Assembly: GCA_965649825.1 (NCBI GenBank)
Contig: OZ287700.1
Location: 1,364,001-1,428,000, forward strand
Origin: Penicillus capitatus
Lineage: Eukaryota; Plantae; Chlorophyta
Reading direction: 5' to 3'
Length of the DNA: 64,000 bases
Below the pieces are notes generated by a model, which was given only the letters and a program-made list of their open reading frames with translations, was not told the origin of the DNA and did not search any database. The translations under genes were made by a program, and so were the position numbers. Shown here piece by piece: positions 61,404-64,000 of this stretch (position 1 is its first letter; every line of letters begins with the position of its first letter).

Positions 61404-62411
61404 ATGTGTTTGAGAATTTCAGTTTGGGGCGTGATGGGAATCGTCGGAGACACGTGCGCCGCGGTCGCGCACACGCGTCTCGAGGACAGCGAAAAAGAAC
61501 CTCAGTCAATCCAAAGACTACAAGGATGATGCGTACACGTCGGATATATCCCCGGCGCCCGCGGACAGACGTCATGTCGCGAAGCTGCGACGTGTCCGGT
61601 ACGCGGGCCGGAAACCATTTACGTCCACTCGCCAGGCGACTTGTCATGTCGCTATAGCGATTCGTATCTTTCGCTCCGCTTATGTGCATCTGCGAGCCCG
61701 ACGTTTGTAGAAGGACAGCTGAATGCCCTTTAGGTGAAGAAAGCCTGTTCGACGCGTGTCGCAATCAGGAGGTCTCGTAAAAATCTGGCAAATCTATTGC
61801 ACAGGTAGAATTCAGACTGCAAGAAGGATAACCAAAACATGTCGCAACAGATCGCCGCTGAATAAGCAAAACAAACATCTGGCTTTGTTAAATCGCAGAC
61901 TTCAGCTACAGTAAGCAACGTTCTGTCGAGGGATTTAACAAGTTTTTGACAGCTACAGTTTTTAGCCCACTAACTATTTTCAAAACAACAAAGTGCATTG
62001 CACGATGTGCCGAATTCGGTCGTTTGGGACTTCTTGGCCTAAACTCTACTCGTATTAATGAGTTGCTGTCTAGACGAAGTACTGCTGGTTCGCCAGCCCC
62101 GAACGGTCTTTGATTTCAGTATCTGACACAGAACACCAAACGAATCGTGTTGAAAAGGACATACTCCTGGAAGGTCCACCAAGAGGTATGATGTTGGGTT
62201 TTGTCACGTGCCTTTCAGATCGGGAGAGGCCGTCAAGGAGGAACGCTTAAGTACTGCGGAATGCATTTCTGACGGGTTAAATCAAACACACCGTATGACA
62301 GGCAACACTCCGTCGATGGCTCTAGAGGTTTTAATGGACACGATGATTTGCGTTTGTCACAATCTATCGCGTGTTCTTTTACGCCGCGTTTTCACCTGCT
62401 CTCCTCGTTCG

Positions 62412-64000
62412 ATGACGACAATGGGTCATTACGCCATTTCGATCGCTCAACCACTTTCCTCGATGCCGTGTGCGTTGCTCCTCTTGTTTCTCGCGAGCCT
62501 TGTGAAATGCGACAACTCCACTTTTCGTTTCGGGGCTGTACTCAGCACAGAGGGCGATACGGCTGCGATGATAGAGGCTAAATTCGGATACGAACTTTTC
62601 TTTGATACTCTAAACGCTCGCTCTGACGGTCGAGGCTTTTACCTGAGCGGCAAAAACGCGGTTGATGGATTCTACTTCAAATTCGACTTCCTCTGGCGCG
62701 AAGACTCCAGCGACGCAGACATCCATGAGAGAGAAGTGAAAAGACTGATAGAAGAAGACAAAATCCATTTCTTGGGCGGCTCTCATCCAACATATGCAGA
62801 AAAAGAAATGAGTATGGCGAATGATAGCGGCATCCTTAACTATCATTGTTGTGTCGGACCTGATGCGCTTTACGAGCGAGATCGACGTACCGTGTTTGGC
62901 GTCCAGGCATCCAATAAGGAATATACCAAAACGATCATCCGAACGTTGGCTTTGGCAGAAGTGGGTGCTCTTGCGTTCGTATATGGAGAAGATAATGCAT
63001 TCACGCGGACAACGTGTGAAGCTGGCATCAAGTTTGCTGGCGAAATGGGGGCAGTGCATGTGGAGAACTCCACACATTTCATTCGCACATTCAACCAATC
63101 CGTGCCCGACTCAGATTTCTTAGACGATGTGGTGAGGGGAGTGAAGGAACAAGCCATTACAGCTGTGATCGCATGTGTCTTTCCGGATGCAGGGAAGCTC
63201 CTCGTTGATGCATTTCACGATAATGAGTACCCACTAAAGGCGTTTTTTCTCACAACGGGGCCCACAAGACAAAAGTGGGTAGATGGATTTGATCCCAAGT
63301 ACCGAGCACATGATCTCCTGAGTGCTGCCCAGTGGCATCATGATATGAAGTACACCGATAGCTTCTTCGGATCGGCTCTGGGATACACCGAATTGTACCA
63401 GGACAAATTCGACAATCATTTGCCAGCCTATACGTCCGCAGGCGCCTCAGCTGTTGGGTTGACACTTGTGGAAGCCATGAAGCACGCCTTTATGTCTTGT
63501 GACATATTGGCCACGGAAGGAAATGTGGAGAAGCTTCTCTACGATGCTGACGCTGTCGTGTGCGATGACGAGAAAGCGATACGCGGCTATGATCGTATAC
63601 TGGAAGCTCTGGCTGATTTAGACATGGACACGTTCTTCGGTGGAGTGAAGTTTAACTTCTACCGAAGGAACGTAGGGATGGATCCAGTGACAACCCAAGT
63701 CTTCAAGCGAACGTCGCAAGCTGGAAAAGAATACGCAGAAATCGAAGCTGTTCTGCCTTTGGGATACGCGACGGAGTTGATGAACTATCCCGCAGAGAAC
63801 CATTACAAAGAAGTCTGTGGGCCTGGTTACTACGTTGGAAGCGATTCCTTCTCACCATGTGTGATGTGTGAACCAGGAGAAATCTCCGATCAAAATAACG
63901 CCAAACATTGCGACAGCTGTCCAGTGGGTTATTGGACAAATAAACCTGGTCAGCACAAGTGTGAACTGTGTCCAGAAGGAACACATACAGAGATTCGAGG
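62412..64000 (+). CDS. receptor-like protein copy 3 (Venus-flytrap + Cys-rich repeats), runs off the window
   Basis: MTTMGH...ALLLLFLASLVKCDNSTFRFGAVLSTEG...IHFLGGSHPTY...YHCCVGPD...AQWH...FFGGVKFN...CELCPEG; open to the window end. Confidence 0.85.
   Translation, partial: MTTMGHYAISIAQPLSSMPCALLLLFLASLVKCDNSTFRFGAVLSTEGDTAAMIEAKFGYELFFDTLNARSDGRGFYLSGKNAVDGFYFKFDFLWREDSSDADIHEREVKRLIEEDKIHFLGGSHPTYAEKEMSMANDSGILNYHCCVGPDALYERDRRTVFGVQASNKEYTKTIIRTLALAEVGALAFVYGEDNAFTRTTCEAGIKFAGEMGAVHVENSTHFIRTFNQSVPDSDFLDDVVRGVKEQAITAVIACVFPDAGKLLVDAFHDNEYPLKAFFLTTGPTRQKWVDGFDPKYRAHDLLSAAQWHHDMKYTDSFFGSALGYTELYQDKFDNHLPAYTSAGASAVGLTLVEAMKHAFMSCDILATEGNVEKLLYDADAVVCDDEKAIRGYDRILEALADLDMDTFFGGVKFNFYRRNVGMDPVTTQVFKRTSQAGKEYAEIEAVLPLGYATELMNYPAENHYKEVCGPGYYVGSDSFSPCVMCEPGEISDQNNAKHCDSCPVGYWTNKPGQHKCELCPEGTHTEIR

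Noticed and set aside
1-64000. TAA/TAG-to-Gln code of some ulvophytes, or global TAG-to-Trp reassignment
   Set aside because: Long conserved ORFs have no internal TAR, Trp is normally TGG, and RPS6, CWC15 and SDR2 end at TAG at the expected C-terminus.
1-64000. CRISPR arrays, rRNA, tRNA or prokaryotic operons
   Set aside because: None seen; the DNA is spliceosomal-intron-rich eukaryotic sequence.

Overview
Compact, gene-dense eukaryotic nuclear DNA from a photosynthetic organism. Plastid-targeted Tic20, RseP, mTERF and DUF3054 genes point to a green alga (Ulvophyceae/Bryopsidales-like is only a guess). It uses the standard genetic code and most introns are 45-65 nt. The window holds about 30 genes, mostly housekeeping: a C5 DNA methyltransferase tail, RPS6, NAA60, GMP synthase, kinesin-13, CBP3, CWC15, PSMG4, an ABC1 kinase, frataxin, a deoxynucleoside kinase, a rhomboid and mitochondrial uL3. 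Main points of interest: (1) Three members of a receptor-like family combine a signal peptide, a Venus-flytrap (type I periplasmic-binding) domain, Cys-rich repeats, a multi-TM domain and a conserved cytoplasmic domain. Two copies share a 1173-bp near-identical, GC3-rich tract, intron included, between otherwise divergent parts, which suggests gene conversion of a constant module next to variable ligand-binding domains. (2) A tandem SDR duplicate is intact except for two TAG codons, both where its paralog has TGG (Trp). The only stop in a TSD-flanked LINE fragment is also a TAG at a Trp-expected site. (3) Two unusually long RPS6 introns each hold about three box C/D snoRNA-like units. (4) There are also GC-AG introns, very short head-to-head gene spacings, and a TPR gene broken by frameshifts that look like homopolymer errors. 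No database searches were run; family calls come from motif recognition.
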